Notes under the pieces: generated by a model | The model's database searches: none | What the model saw: only the letters and a program-made list of their open reading frames with translations | Told to the model about the DNA's origin: nothing | IMG/VR virus record: IMGVR_UViG_3300025087_000044 | Location: 35,114-99,113 of that record | Length of the DNA: 64,000 nucleotides | Strand: one strand, 5' to 3' | Source: a virus | Shown: piece after piece, positions 19,120 through 28,617 of the stretch | Layout: the number at the start of each line of letters is the position of its first letter | Numbering within the stretch: position 1 is the stretch's first letter | Program-made: the position numbers and the translations under genes

Positions 19120-19863
19120 ATGACAGATGAATCAAAAAGCGTAGCGTTAACGGTAGAACAAGAGAAGCAACTCATTGCCGAGGCCAGAAGCAACTCTGGA
19201 GAAGGGATGAGACTAAGTCTAAAGTATGTTTCATTCAACGGAAAAGAGGGGACATATTACTTGAGTACAGGAATGAAGAATGAATCCGGAAAGACAATCA
19301 AGGAGGATTTGGGGCCGAATTACAGTGGGATAGTATTAAAGAACAGAAACAGAGTAAACGTATTCAATCCCAAAAACGCACTGGCCTCATTCAAGAGTGA
19401 TGAGTTCGATAACACCCAGACGGAGCAGATTAGTGTTTTTAACGGAAACAATCAACTTGTTGGCAGAGGGACTTACAAGGAGTTAAAAGAAAAAATCCCA
19501 GGTTTAACCATGGAAAAAGTGCTTTACATCAAGGAAGTCGGAGGTGACGAAGGACTTGTAAAGATGTCAGTTGGAGGTTCTTCAATGAAGCCATGGTTCG
19601 ATTATCTGAAAGTATTCCCTGCTGATGACACTTCGATAAGATACGTTACTATTTTCGGAGAAGAGTCTAAGAGCAATGATTTCGGTGATTTCCATTGTAT
19701 GAAGTTTTCAAAGGGAGAGTCTATTGATATTATTAAAGCATTGGATTGGCAGAGGTCTCTTAATATCGCTCTAAATGCTTTTAGCAGAAATGTTAATATC
19801 CCCTCAATGGTTGATGACAAGGAGGATTTAGAGGTTATTTCAGTAGAGGAGTGTCCATTCTAA
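19120..19863 (+). CDS. putative ssDNA-binding protein
   Basis: beta-rich fold pattern; acidic tail ending EECPF. Confidence 0.5.
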   Translation: MTDESKSVALTVEQEKQLIAEARSNSGEGMRLSLKYVSFNGKEGTYYLSTGMKNESGKTIKEDLGPNYSGIVLKNRNRVNVFNPKNALASFKSDEFDNTQTEQISVFNGNNQLVGRGTYKELKEKIPGLTMEKVLYIKEVGGDEGLVKMSVGGSSMKPWFDYLKVFPADDTSIRYVTIFGEESKSNDFGDFHCMKFSKGESIDIIKALDWQRSLNIALNAFSRNVNIPSMVDDKEDLEVISVEECPF

Positions 19864-19937
19864 CCATTTCAATGGTAATGATAGGTCTGGGGTAGTGTTA
19901 GCATGGCATTATCCCAGACTAATCATTTATATAAAAT

Positions 19938-20318
19938 ATGACAAAAAAAGAAACAAGTGATTTCGGTGACGGATTTATTTATAATCTCATACTGTTTGCA
20001 GAGCATTTTGGAAGGATTGAAGATGAGATAAGTCAGGCAAGAGCTCTTGGAGGCAGAGATGATATGGCTGTGATGTTGTGGTGCAATGTAGCAAGCGACC
20101 ATTTAAGGGATATTAAATTTCCAAGCAAGTTTTTAGGGACTGACATGGAAAAGAAATTTTGGGAATTAAGAGATTATGTTCTTGACAGACGTGGATTAGA
20201 AAAAATTAGATTGTGTAAAATTAAAGACTTTGAAGTTATAAAGCGGATGACTAAAAATCTGGGCTTGCTTATAGATAAAGAGTTTGGTATAAAAGTAGAG
20301 AAGGCAGAGTACGAGTAA
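19938..20318 (+). CDS. hypothetical protein
   Basis: 126-aa ORF. Confidence 0.65.
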   Translation: MTKKETSDFGDGFIYNLILFAEHFGRIEDEISQARALGGRDDMAVMLWCNVASDHLRDIKFPSKFLGTDMEKKFWELRDYVLDRRGLEKIRLCKIKDFEVIKRMTKNLGLLIDKEFGIKVEKAEYE

Positions 20319-20349
20319 GGTTCAGTTTGAATACAGACTAAGCAATTAC

Positions 20350-20826
20350 ATGAAAAAGAATATCAACAAAAAGGTTTCTATAAATAGATGGAAACGCTTT
20401 AGTCCGTTGCAACAAGCAATGATTGAACGCAATAATCCATGTTTTACAATCACAATTAAACCCAAAAAGCAGAAGACAAAGCATTTAAAGCAAGACCCTA
20501 ACCAGAATCAGTTTTCGCTTTTTACTGGAACTTATGATGAATATTTAAAGTCTGATATTTGGCTGAAAATTAGAAATGAGGCTGTTAGACTGCAGAAGTG
20601 TTGTTATGTTTGTAGGTCTTTTGACTTCTTAACGGTACATCACAAGTGTTACGCACAAAAAGGAAGAGAAAAACAGAAGCATTTAGTTGTACTTTGCTGG
20701 AAGTGTCATAAAGCTGTACACAATTTAATGATAGACAACAAGACTATAAGTTTAAAAAATGCTCATGAAGAATATGCTAAACTGTGGAGACTAGGAATAA
20801 GAAAATATGAAGCTTTAGATGGATAA
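20350..20826 (+). CDS. HNH endonuclease family protein
   Basis: YLKSDIWLKIR...CYVC...VHH...LCWKCH. Confidence 0.8.
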   Translation: MKKNINKKVSINRWKRFSPLQQAMIERNNPCFTITIKPKKQKTKHLKQDPNQNQFSLFTGTYDEYLKSDIWLKIRNEAVRLQKCCYVCRSFDFLTVHHKCYAQKGREKQKHLVVLCWKCHKAVHNLMIDNKTISLKNAHEEYAKLWRLGIRKYEALDG

Positions 20827-20983
20827 GTTTTTGTTATATAGCGTTGTGAGCGTTGACTTAAGAACGTATGGACGATTACGAAAAAGCAAAAAGACAGCAA
20901 AAAAAAGAAGAGAGCAGTCCTACTGTTATGTTTAAGGATTTATTAACCCAAGAAGAATTGGATATGTTGAGTAAGTTCTTTTC

Positions 20984-21056
20984 AGAAGAGTAGCTCAGTT
21001 GGTAGAGTGTCCGCCTGATACGCGGAGTGTCGCTGGTTCGAGTCCCAGCTCTTCTA
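20984..21056 (+). tRNA. tRNA-Ile(GAT)
   Basis: acceptor AGAAGAG/CTCTTCT, TAGCTCAGTTGGTAGAG, anticodon CT-GAT-AC, slightly enlarged T-loop. Confidence 0.8.
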
Positions 21057-21069
21057 TAAACAAAAAACT

Positions 21070-21513
21070 ATGACAAAAACAAAGGCAGTAGACGTTTCAC
21101 ATAATAACTCTCAACTTCAAGAGTCAACCCCTCTTAAAACGCAAAATCAGGCCTCACAGGATGATTTCTACTATAGTCCATTACAGGGTAGGGAGATTTC
21201 AAAGATTATTGCCCTATTCCACAAGACAATCAATCCAGTAATAGAGTTCGGCAATAAGACCCAGAGAAATGCTTGTCAGTTCCTTATTGAAAAGTTCGGA
21301 TACGAAAAGACGGAAAAAATGAGTAAATACGCTATCTCCATACAAGGAGAGAAATATGCTCCAACAGTTACCTCGCCTTGGGATTTAAAGCAGAAGCTTG
21401 CCAAGGTTTTTGTGTTTTATAAGAAGAGTTTGAGTATTGAGAAACCGTCTAAACAAGGAAAAAACTATGATGTCATTGACAAAAAAGCAGATGGTAATCT
21501 GCTTGAGGAATAG
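21070..21513 (+). CDS. replication initiator C-terminal-like protein
   Basis: INPVIEFGNKTQR...YAPTVTSPWDLKQK resembles phage replisome organizer C-termini (from recall). Confidence 0.45.
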   Translation: MTKTKAVDVSHNNSQLQESTPLKTQNQASQDDFYYSPLQGREISKIIALFHKTINPVIEFGNKTQRNACQFLIEKFGYEKTEKMSKYAISIQGEKYAPTVTSPWDLKQKLAKVFVFYKKSLSIEKPSKQGKNYDVIDKKADGNLLEE

Positions 21514-21868
21514 TTTAGAGATATATATTGACGCTGAGATTGCAGAAACTTTAATGGACGATTTGCACAGTGGAAGGATAAAGGGATTTATCAAAATTGC
21601 AGGAAGAATGCTTAATGTTGTTGATATTTCTGCCGTAGTTCCACCAGAGGATATGATTGACTTGTCTAAGAGAAGGAATGGGCAATGGAGATGCGATAAA
21701 GGAGTCTGGCATGACAGGGGGACGAAATGCGATTGCATAGATAATGATTTGCTTGAAAGGAACAAACGGATAGCCCAAGCTATAAAAGATTGTGGTAAGT
21801 GTCATGATGGGTATGTTCAAGACAGTGAGTGTTTCGTAACTAAGTGCGATTGCATAAAAAATTTATAA
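21467..21868 (+). CDS. hypothetical Cys-rich protein
   Basis: ORF 21437..21868, ATG 21467. Confidence 0.6.
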   Translation: MMSLTKKQMVICLRNSLEIYIDAEIAETLMDDLHSGRIKGFIKIAGRMLNVVDISAVVPPEDMIDLSKRRNGQWRCDKGVWHDRGTKCDCIDNDLLERNKRIAQAIKDCGKCHDGYVQDSECFVTKCDCIKNL

Positions 21869-21869
21869 T

Positions 21870-22172
21870 ATGTCTTGTGAGTTTTCTTCTAAGACTAGAG
21901 AGTTATGGTTTTGGCAAAGAGAGTGTCTTGTTTGCGGAAACAACAGGGTATTAGAACTTCATCACATTCTGGGACGGGTGTCCTCGAGGCCATTAAACAG
22001 TATTCTTATTTGTCATAACTGTCATTCTGATGGAAAGATAACAAACAGAGAGGTGAGGATTAAATATCTCATGATTACAAAAAGATTTTTGCTAACCACG
22101 GGTTATAATGTAAAGGCTATTGATAAAAAGTTTATAGAGTATGCTGAGAAAATGTTAAATTTTAGCTATTAA
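21870..22172 (+). CDS. small HNH/Ref-like nuclease
   Basis: CLVCG...ELHHI...ICHNCH. Confidence 0.7.
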   Translation: MSCEFSSKTRELWFWQRECLVCGNNRVLELHHILGRVSSRPLNSILICHNCHSDGKITNREVRIKYLMITKRFLLTTGYNVKAIDKKFIEYAEKMLNFSY

Positions 22173-22183
22173 AATCAAAAACT

Positions 22184-22528
22184 ATGAAGACAACAGAAAC
22201 GTTTCACACGCAATTGATTTCTGTCAATGTGAAAAAGAAAGGCGAGGCTAGGATTACGTTCGCCTGCGATAAAGAGGCTTTCATGAAACTTGAGGAGTTG
22301 AGGTCTGCTGAGTTACCACTTGATTTTTGGGTGGAAGGAGCTGAGCTTGAGAAGTTAAGTGGAGCTATTGTTTCCATAACCAGCACTTCAAGCGGCAGTT
22401 TTCCAAGAAAGTTTGTCATTGAAACTCCTGAAAGCGAGAAGATGAGGGTTGCCGAATTGACTTCATTGATGGGTGCTGAACTTAATATCATTATGGAGAT
22501 TATGCAAGAAGATAAACTAGCTTTATAA
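22184..22528 (+). CDS. hypothetical protein
   Basis: 114-aa ORF. Confidence 0.6.
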   Translation: MKTTETFHTQLISVNVKKKGEARITFACDKEAFMKLEELRSAELPLDFWVEGAELEKLSGAIVSITSTSSGSFPRKFVIETPESEKMRVAELTSLMGAELNIIMEIMQEDKLAL

Positions 22529-22532
22529 AAAT

Positions 22533-22862
22533 ATGAATCAAATCAATGAAGTTGAACAAAAAGAGAAAGAGGTCGCTGAGTTTGTTAGGGGCAGGATAGA
22601 GAAGATGGGAGTAGAGATAAAGCAGTGCAGATTTTGCGGCGAGGATATATTTTTCATGAAGACCAACAGAGGTAAGATTGTTCCTGTTTCATTCAATCTT
22701 GTAATTCATTTTTACGATTGTCCTAAAGGTCAAGATTATTACAGCGAGGCTCCCCAGCCTCTTGAGCAACCCTCCTATTCCAGCATAAACAAGCGAAAGT
22801 CCGTTTACTCTTCTAGAGAGCAAGAACGATATGGTGGAAGAGGCTTTAGGGCTGGGTATTAA
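22533..22862 (+). CDS. zinc-binding hypothetical protein
   Basis: CRFCG...HFYDCP. Confidence 0.6.
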   Translation: MNQINEVEQKEKEVAEFVRGRIEKMGVEIKQCRFCGEDIFFMKTNRGKIVPVSFNLVIHFYDCPKGQDYYSEAPQPLEQPSYSSINKRKSVYSSREQERYGGRGFRAGY

Positions 22863-22865
22863 ATT

Positions 22866-23264
22866 ATGATTATTATAAGCAATGAAAACAAGTACGGCCA
22901 TTGCAAGAGAGGAAAGTATGATGTCAACGGAACAGAGATATTCTTTAGGAGCGAATGGGAGTATAAGTATGCAATGTATCTTGATTTCCTAAAAAGAAAG
23001 AAGCAGATAGTTTGTTGGGAATACGAACCCTGCACGTTTTTTTTTGAGGCTATCAAGCAAGGAACACGGAGTTATCTTCCAGATTTCAGGATAACCAATA
23101 ACGATAAGTCACAAGAGTATCACGAGATTAAGGGATATATGGATTCCAAGAGTAAGACTAAACTCAATAGGATGAAGAAGTATTATCCTTGCGAGAAGGT
23201 CATCTTGATTGATGGTCCAGCATATAAATCTATCATGAGGTACGAAAATGTCTACGGAATATAG
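22866..23264 (+). CDS. PD-(D/E)XK endonuclease (DUF1064/TnsA-like)
   Basis: FRSEWE...WEYEP...YLPDF...EIKG. Confidence 0.8.
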   Translation: MIIISNENKYGHCKRGKYDVNGTEIFFRSEWEYKYAMYLDFLKRKKQIVCWEYEPCTFFFEAIKQGTRSYLPDFRITNNDKSQEYHEIKGYMDSKSKTKLNRMKKYYPCEKVILIDGPAYKSIMRYENVYGI

Positions 23265-23275
23265 AGATTGTGGAC

Positions 23276-23397
23276 TTATCCACAGTATTTTAGTTTGACT
23301 AATTAAGGTTAAGTTGTACAATATAAATGACGTTTGGTTTATGCACACTCAAAACCCCCAAAAAGACCTTTACAACCTATAAAAACAATGCTATAAT
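23276..23397 (+). promoter_or_regulatory. DnaA box plus repeated promoter
   Basis: TTATCCACA 23276-23284; TTTACA 23369-23374, 17 bp, TATAAT 23392-23397. Confidence 0.7.
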
Positions 23398-23434
23398 TAC
23401 AATATAAAACAATAAAACAACGAACAAAAACAGT

Positions 23435-24607
23435 ATGTCTTATGTAGAAAAAAATAGTCTTTTCGGTGATGTTGAAAGAAGGTCAGTCGATGATTTAACT
23501 GGAAAGATAAGTAAGATAATCCATAAGCCAGAGATTGTTAAAGTAGAGTCGTTTTCGCAAAGTGGGTTGTTTTATGAGGTTGATATAAAAAACTCAACCT
23601 GTTCCTGTCCAGCATTTCAAACAAACAAGAGAATCCCATGTAAACATCTTAATAAGGCATTCGGATTTAATTTTGAAAAGCAAGAAATTCCTTTGTCTCT
23701 CATAAAATCCTTGGTTCAAAAGGCTGTCAGAAGAAGAGAAGTTGAGGTCGCTATCAGGTCTTCTAAGTTAATGATGTCCATGGATTTAAATCAGTTTTTA
23801 AGAAGATGGTTAATAATTATAATAGAAGATGCTATTTTACACCCAGATATTGGTTTTATAGCTAAAATTCTCAATAGTGGAAAAGGTTTTCGTGATTTGT
23901 CTACTCAAGAAAAAGATGTAATAATAAATTGTGTTTTTCAGGTTGCAGAATCAGAAGAGAGAGACGTGTGGGTAACTAGAGATAGACCATATCTTGACAA
24001 TGATGGAAATGATATAGTTTTGCGAGGAAAAAATTCAGAGTATAAAGTTGTTTCGTTGCCAGATAATATAAAAGACATGCTGTTTGGTATAAAATACAGA
24101 TGTGGAATTGGTGGCATGAGAGGAGATATTGTATTCATGAATAATTATTATTATTTATGGGTTGATAGGTTTGTTAATCTTGGCTGGACATTCGACGATG
24201 TGTGTAAGTTTTTTAAAAAATCTAGTTTGAAGTTCGATGATGTTTGTATGTTGGAGAAAAAAGACATTATTCCAGAAGCTGCTGATTTTCATTGCACTCC
24301 TCTTTTAAGAATAATGCTTAAAAAAGAATACTTTGTGGATTTACTTCAAAAGTATTATCCAAACCAAATACTAGAAGATTTGAAAGGGATAGAAGGAGTT
24401 GCTGGTTCTTTTTTGTGGAGACAGATGAGTTGTATAAATTTAAAAAGAATTTATGATGGTTCACAAAACATGCAAGCTGTATGGTATTCTTGTGATGGAG
24501 GCGAAAAGTTTGATAGAAAAATAGATGAGTATATTTTTAGTGTTATTAAAAATGAGGTATATAGAATAATGAATTGGTACATAAATAAAGCAGTTACTCT
24601 AAAATAA
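23435..24607 (+). CDS. SWIM zinc finger plus helical domain protein
   Basis: CSCPAF...CKH; KSLVQKAVRR...RRWLIIIIED. Confidence 0.65.
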   Translation: MSYVEKNSLFGDVERRSVDDLTGKISKIIHKPEIVKVESFSQSGLFYEVDIKNSTCSCPAFQTNKRIPCKHLNKAFGFNFEKQEIPLSLIKSLVQKAVRRREVEVAIRSSKLMMSMDLNQFLRRWLIIIIEDAILHPDIGFIAKILNSGKGFRDLSTQEKDVIINCVFQVAESEERDVWVTRDRPYLDNDGNDIVLRGKNSEYKVVSLPDNIKDMLFGIKYRCGIGGMRGDIVFMNNYYYLWVDRFVNLGWTFDDVCKFFKKSSLKFDDVCMLEKKDIIPEAADFHCTPLLRIMLKKEYFVDLLQKYYPNQILEDLKGIEGVAGSFLWRQMSCINLKRIYDGSQNMQAVWYSCDGGEKFDRKIDEYIFSVIKNEVYRIMNWYINKAVTLK

Positions 24608-24608
24608 C

Positions 24609-25579
24609 ATGGGAAGATATTGCATTCATTACGAGAACATTCACGGGAGTGCTATTTCTAATATAGGAGATAGACTTGTTGAGTATCTAAAACTTAAAGG
24701 ACACGATGTTGTTGTTGATTTTAAATTTAACAATCTTAATGATGTTAATATAATAAATCTTCTTCCTCATCATCATAATAAAATTAAAGACCTTGGAAGA
24801 TTCATTAAGATTAAAGACATGGTAACTGTTTTTACTCCAAATTTCGAAGAATATAGTCCTAATGAACGATGTTCTTTTTTAGTTAATGGTGTTTATAATA
24901 AGATAGTGTTTACTTCGTTGTTTTCTTATGAAGAGGCGATTAAGTTTTGTAAAAGTTATTTCTCTCCGTCTGTGTGTCTTGACATGTTTAAAAACTTCGT
25001 GTTGCTTTACAATGGAATAGATACTGAGCATATAAAAAGTTCAATGTCTAACAATAGAAATTCTTTCATAGTTCCCTTCAACAGAAAGAATAATCAACAA
25101 AAAAATTATAAGTTGCATTGTGAACTAAGTAGTTCTATTAAAACCTATCTGTCTGTGAAAGGATTTGACACAAAGCATACTTTTTTGTGAATAATTTTTT
25201 TGTAAAATCTCTTGATTGCGTAGACGATGTTTATAATTGTATGTTCCAGTATTCATCAAGGGAAGATTATGTCAATTACATAAAGAATGTTGGGTTTTTT
25301 GTGTCAACTTCTAATTACGAAAGTTTTGGACTTTATTATTTAGAGTTATTGGCTAGTGGTGTTGTTGGTGTGTTTGTAGATAAGCCTTGGATTAGGAAAT
25401 TGCTTCCAGATTATAAATATATAGTAAACAAAAATCACGTTGTGTCTGTAGTAGGACAGCTTCATTCTGATTACGTAGCGGCTAATAAGTACATTCACGA
25501 TGATGTTATCCCTTTCATAAAATTAAAATATAACGACACTGTTTTTTATGAGTCACTGATAAGTCTTTTTAAATTATGA
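24609..25579 (+). CDS. GT-B glycosyltransferase, split by a 1-nt frameshift at the T6 run 25181-25186
   Basis: N-half LYNGID; C-half STSNYESFGLYYLELLASG; adding one T fuses the two ORFs. Confidence 0.65.
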
Positions 25580-27017
25580 GAGTATTATACATTCCGTTCT
25601 TCTCCAACAGTAGCAATCATAATGGTTGTAGTATCTATAAACCATGAAGATTTTTTTTAGGGCATGGGTTGATTCGGATGAAAGTGTATTTGTTTATTTC
25701 CTTGTCCCAGACAATGTTAAGTATTCTTATGACGATGACGCTCTTAATCACCCAAGAATAAAGAAGATTCCAGTGCCAATGATTGGAAGAGACCAGTATG
25801 ACGAGAAAGTTATTGTGCCAGAAAGTCTTTATGCTCTATTCAACACAGACGTTGGCAAGTATTACTATGATTTGGTGTTCTGTGATAAGGCTCAGATAGC
25901 AAATCTTGTTAAGATAATGTTAAGTAGAAAGTTTAAGGTAAATAGCTTTGACACTCTGCCCTATGTTACATTGACTCAGTTTTTAATAAAAAAAGAGGGT
26001 AGATTTCAAAACATACTAGATGAAATTGAGTTTAGTCATTGTCTTGGGTGGATGTCTGGATACAATCTTTTTGAGAATGAAAGAAATGCTAGTCAATGCC
26101 TTAGTGTTGCTAAGAAATACTTACTGCCAACTCATGTAATGAAGATTAAGGAAAAGTCTAAAATTCAAAACATTTATGGATTAAACACGAAGGTTTTGGA
26201 TAAGTATTATACTGGAAACACTTATAAGGCTGGAGAAGAGATTAGAATAAATTTTGCCAATAGAGCAGCAATTCATTACAAGTTAGAGGAAATTCTTGAT
26301 GTTGTTGATTACATTTTTAAAAGTGGAATAAACATAAGATTCATAATAACCACTCCAACCATTGCTCTTGGAATGTATGCTCACAAAAGAATAAGTGAAA
26401 TGAAGAGAAATGGAATGAAGATTGATGTTCATTGTGGCTTGAGTCAGCCTCAGTTTTATGAGATAGCAGCTACTTGTCATTTCTTTATTTCAGCAATAGA
26501 TGAGTTGCAGTCCCCTAATGCTTATATGGAACAGCTTTATCTTGGACAGGTTGGCTTGTTCCCTAAACATAATTGGGTTGATGGATTTTTCAAAGACTAT
26601 CCATATAGATGGAACAATTTAAAAGATGCGTTTGTCACCTTGAAAGAGTTTTCTCAAAATCCAGTGCCAATGATTGAAAGAAATTTGATTGAGAGAAACA
26701 AGTTAAAGGAAGAGTATGATATATCACAAAACTCAGTAAAAGTTCTTGACTGGCTAAAGAAAGATGTTTTGCCTCTTTACACTTCAACTAGCGACTCACA
26801 AACAGACTTAGTAAGAGAGTGTGTAGAAAAGGCTGGTTTTCCAAATAACATTACCATAACCGAGTTTGCTGAAATGCTAAAGAAATACTCAGCAACTAAA
26901 ATAGACTTGTATGAGCCAACCTTTAGGCGAGTAAACAAGTTTGACTATATAAAGTCACTTATGTCGCTTGGCTATAAAGATACCTGTGAAGAGGAATTAA
27001 CATTTATTAAAACTTAA
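25576..27017 (+). CDS. GT-B glycosyltransferase-like protein; N-terminus frameshifted near 25640
   Basis: MRVLYIPFF... at 25576 is 1 nt out of frame with ORF 25644..27017. Confidence 0.6.
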
Positions 27018-27026
27018 CTTTAAACT

Positions 27027-27731
27027 ATGTCCACTGAAATTAAACAGAATCAGCTTATAGACATTAACTTGTTAGAGCCAGCAGAGTTCAATCCTAACAA
27101 GATGCCTGACAAGAAATTTAATAAGTTGGTCGAGAGAATAGCAGAACAGGGATTCAAGGACCCAATTAGTGTTGTTCCTCTTGAGGATGGTAGATATAGG
27201 ATTATTGAAGGAGAACATAGATGGCGTGCTGGAAAGTATTTGGATATGTCTCAAGTGCCAGTTTTTATACACACAGACTGGGATGATGATAAGCAAAAGT
27301 TTGAGATAGTTAAGAGTAACATTCTCAAAGGAGAGATTGATGTAGAGAAATTCACTAAACTTGTCAATGGTCTAAACGACAAATATGAAAACGATATTTT
27401 GTCAGACATGATGGGGTTCACTGATGAGGCTGAGTTTGGGAAGTTCTACGAGAAAGTTCGTTCTGGCTTGCCAGATGAATTGAAAGACAAACTCGATGCT
27501 GTTAAAGATGAGATTAAAACAATAGACGACCTTAGCAATATCCTGAACCGCTTGTTTAGAGAGTATGGCTCAACTTTAGAGCAAGGTTTCATGATGTTTG
27601 ACTATGGCGGCAAGGACAATATCTGGATTAAGTGTAATGACCATTTATGGAAAAAAGTTGTTGAAATAAAAAACAAGTGTACTGCTGAAAGCAAGGACAT
27701 CAACGATACATTCATTGAGTACTTGAAATAA
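27027..27731 (+). CDS. ParB/Srx-like N-terminal domain protein
   Basis: FNPNKM...GFKDPISV...IIEGEHRWRA. Confidence 0.85.
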   Translation: MSTEIKQNQLIDINLLEPAEFNPNKMPDKKFNKLVERIAEQGFKDPISVVPLEDGRYRIIEGEHRWRAGKYLDMSQVPVFIHTDWDDDKQKFEIVKSNILKGEIDVEKFTKLVNGLNDKYENDILSDMMGFTDEAEFGKFYEKVRSGLPDELKDKLDAVKDEIKTIDDLSNILNRLFREYGSTLEQGFMMFDYGGKDNIWIKCNDHLWKKVVEIKNKCTAESKDINDTFIEYLK

Positions 27732-27884
27732 TATGAAAACAACAACAGAAGAACAATCTAAAGTAGTTGAAGATAAAATAACGGGACGCTCAACTGCAAC
27801 TGGTGAATTGTTTTTAGAAAGAAGTAAATTGGCTAAAATAATTGTTGAATTGTTTGACAGGATAGAAGAACTTGAGAATAAGTT

Positions 27885-27956
27885 GCGTCAATAATTCATG
27901 GGTTAGAATCTGAGATTTCCAATCTCGGTAAAAGGGTTCAAGTCCCTTTTGACGCT
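27885..27956 (+). tRNA. tRNA-Gly(TCC)
   Basis: acceptor GCGTCAA/TTGACGC, anticodon arm TGAGA-TTTCCAA-TCTCG, GGGTTCAAGTCCC, U73. Confidence 0.8.
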
Positions 27957-27991
27957 TCGTGGGTATCCATGAGGTTGTACGCAGGATACAT

Positions 27992-28068
27992 CTAGCACTC
28001 CAATTAAAAGCGACTGATGAGAGAGTAACCCTCTCGAAACTCATGAGAGTCTCGCGGAGTAGCCCTAG
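27992..28068 (+). ncRNA. type I hammerhead ribozyme
   Basis: GCGA-CTGATGA-GAGAG(taacc)CTCTC-GAAA-CTC(atga)GAG-TC-TCGC; stem I extended by ACTCC/GGAGT; predicted cleavage after GUC at 28051. Confidence 0.85.
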
Positions 28069-28154
28069 GAGTGGAATAACTGGCTACCAGCAACCTCTTT
28101 AGCAAATAGTACCTTACACAACTTACTGGCTAATACCACAAGGTCAAAACAAAT

Positions 28155-28547
28155 ATGCCCTTGCGTTATAATCGTATGGATAAGAATATAAGTGAAATGT
28201 TGAATTGCTTCATGGACAGCAATCTTAGAATAAAGGAAAGCTCAGAAATTGATGTTCCTAAAAGAACTGGAGATACGGGGTTTGACGGGGACGTGTGTTC
28301 TTATGCAGTAGGAGGCTTTCCGGTTCCTAGTGGTACAGTCCCTATGACTGGTTGGAATTGGTGGCAAGATTATTATTACCCCAATGTAATAAGAGAAGTC
28401 TATCCTGTATACGTCCAAGAAAGAACAATTGATTCCGGCAAGAAAGCCTATGAGATAATTAAAGCTCTCAATGACAAGAAGATTATCAAACTGGACAAGG
28501 TGTCAGACTTTGTTGAAGCTATGGACTTATTGATTAAAATGTTGTAG
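28155..28547 (+). CDS. hypothetical protein
   Basis: 130-aa ORF; start uncertain. Confidence 0.55.
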   Translation: MPLRYNRMDKNISEMLNCFMDSNLRIKESSEIDVPKRTGDTGFDGDVCSYAVGGFPVPSGTVPMTGWNWWQDYYYPNVIREVYPVYVQERTIDSGKKAYEIIKALNDKKIIKLDKVSDFVEAMDLLIKML

Positions 28548-28617
28548 ACTAAACAGCTAACTCCAGTAAGTTGTGTAAGTTTAGATAAAATACGTTTAAG
28601 TGGTTTAAATATAATAT

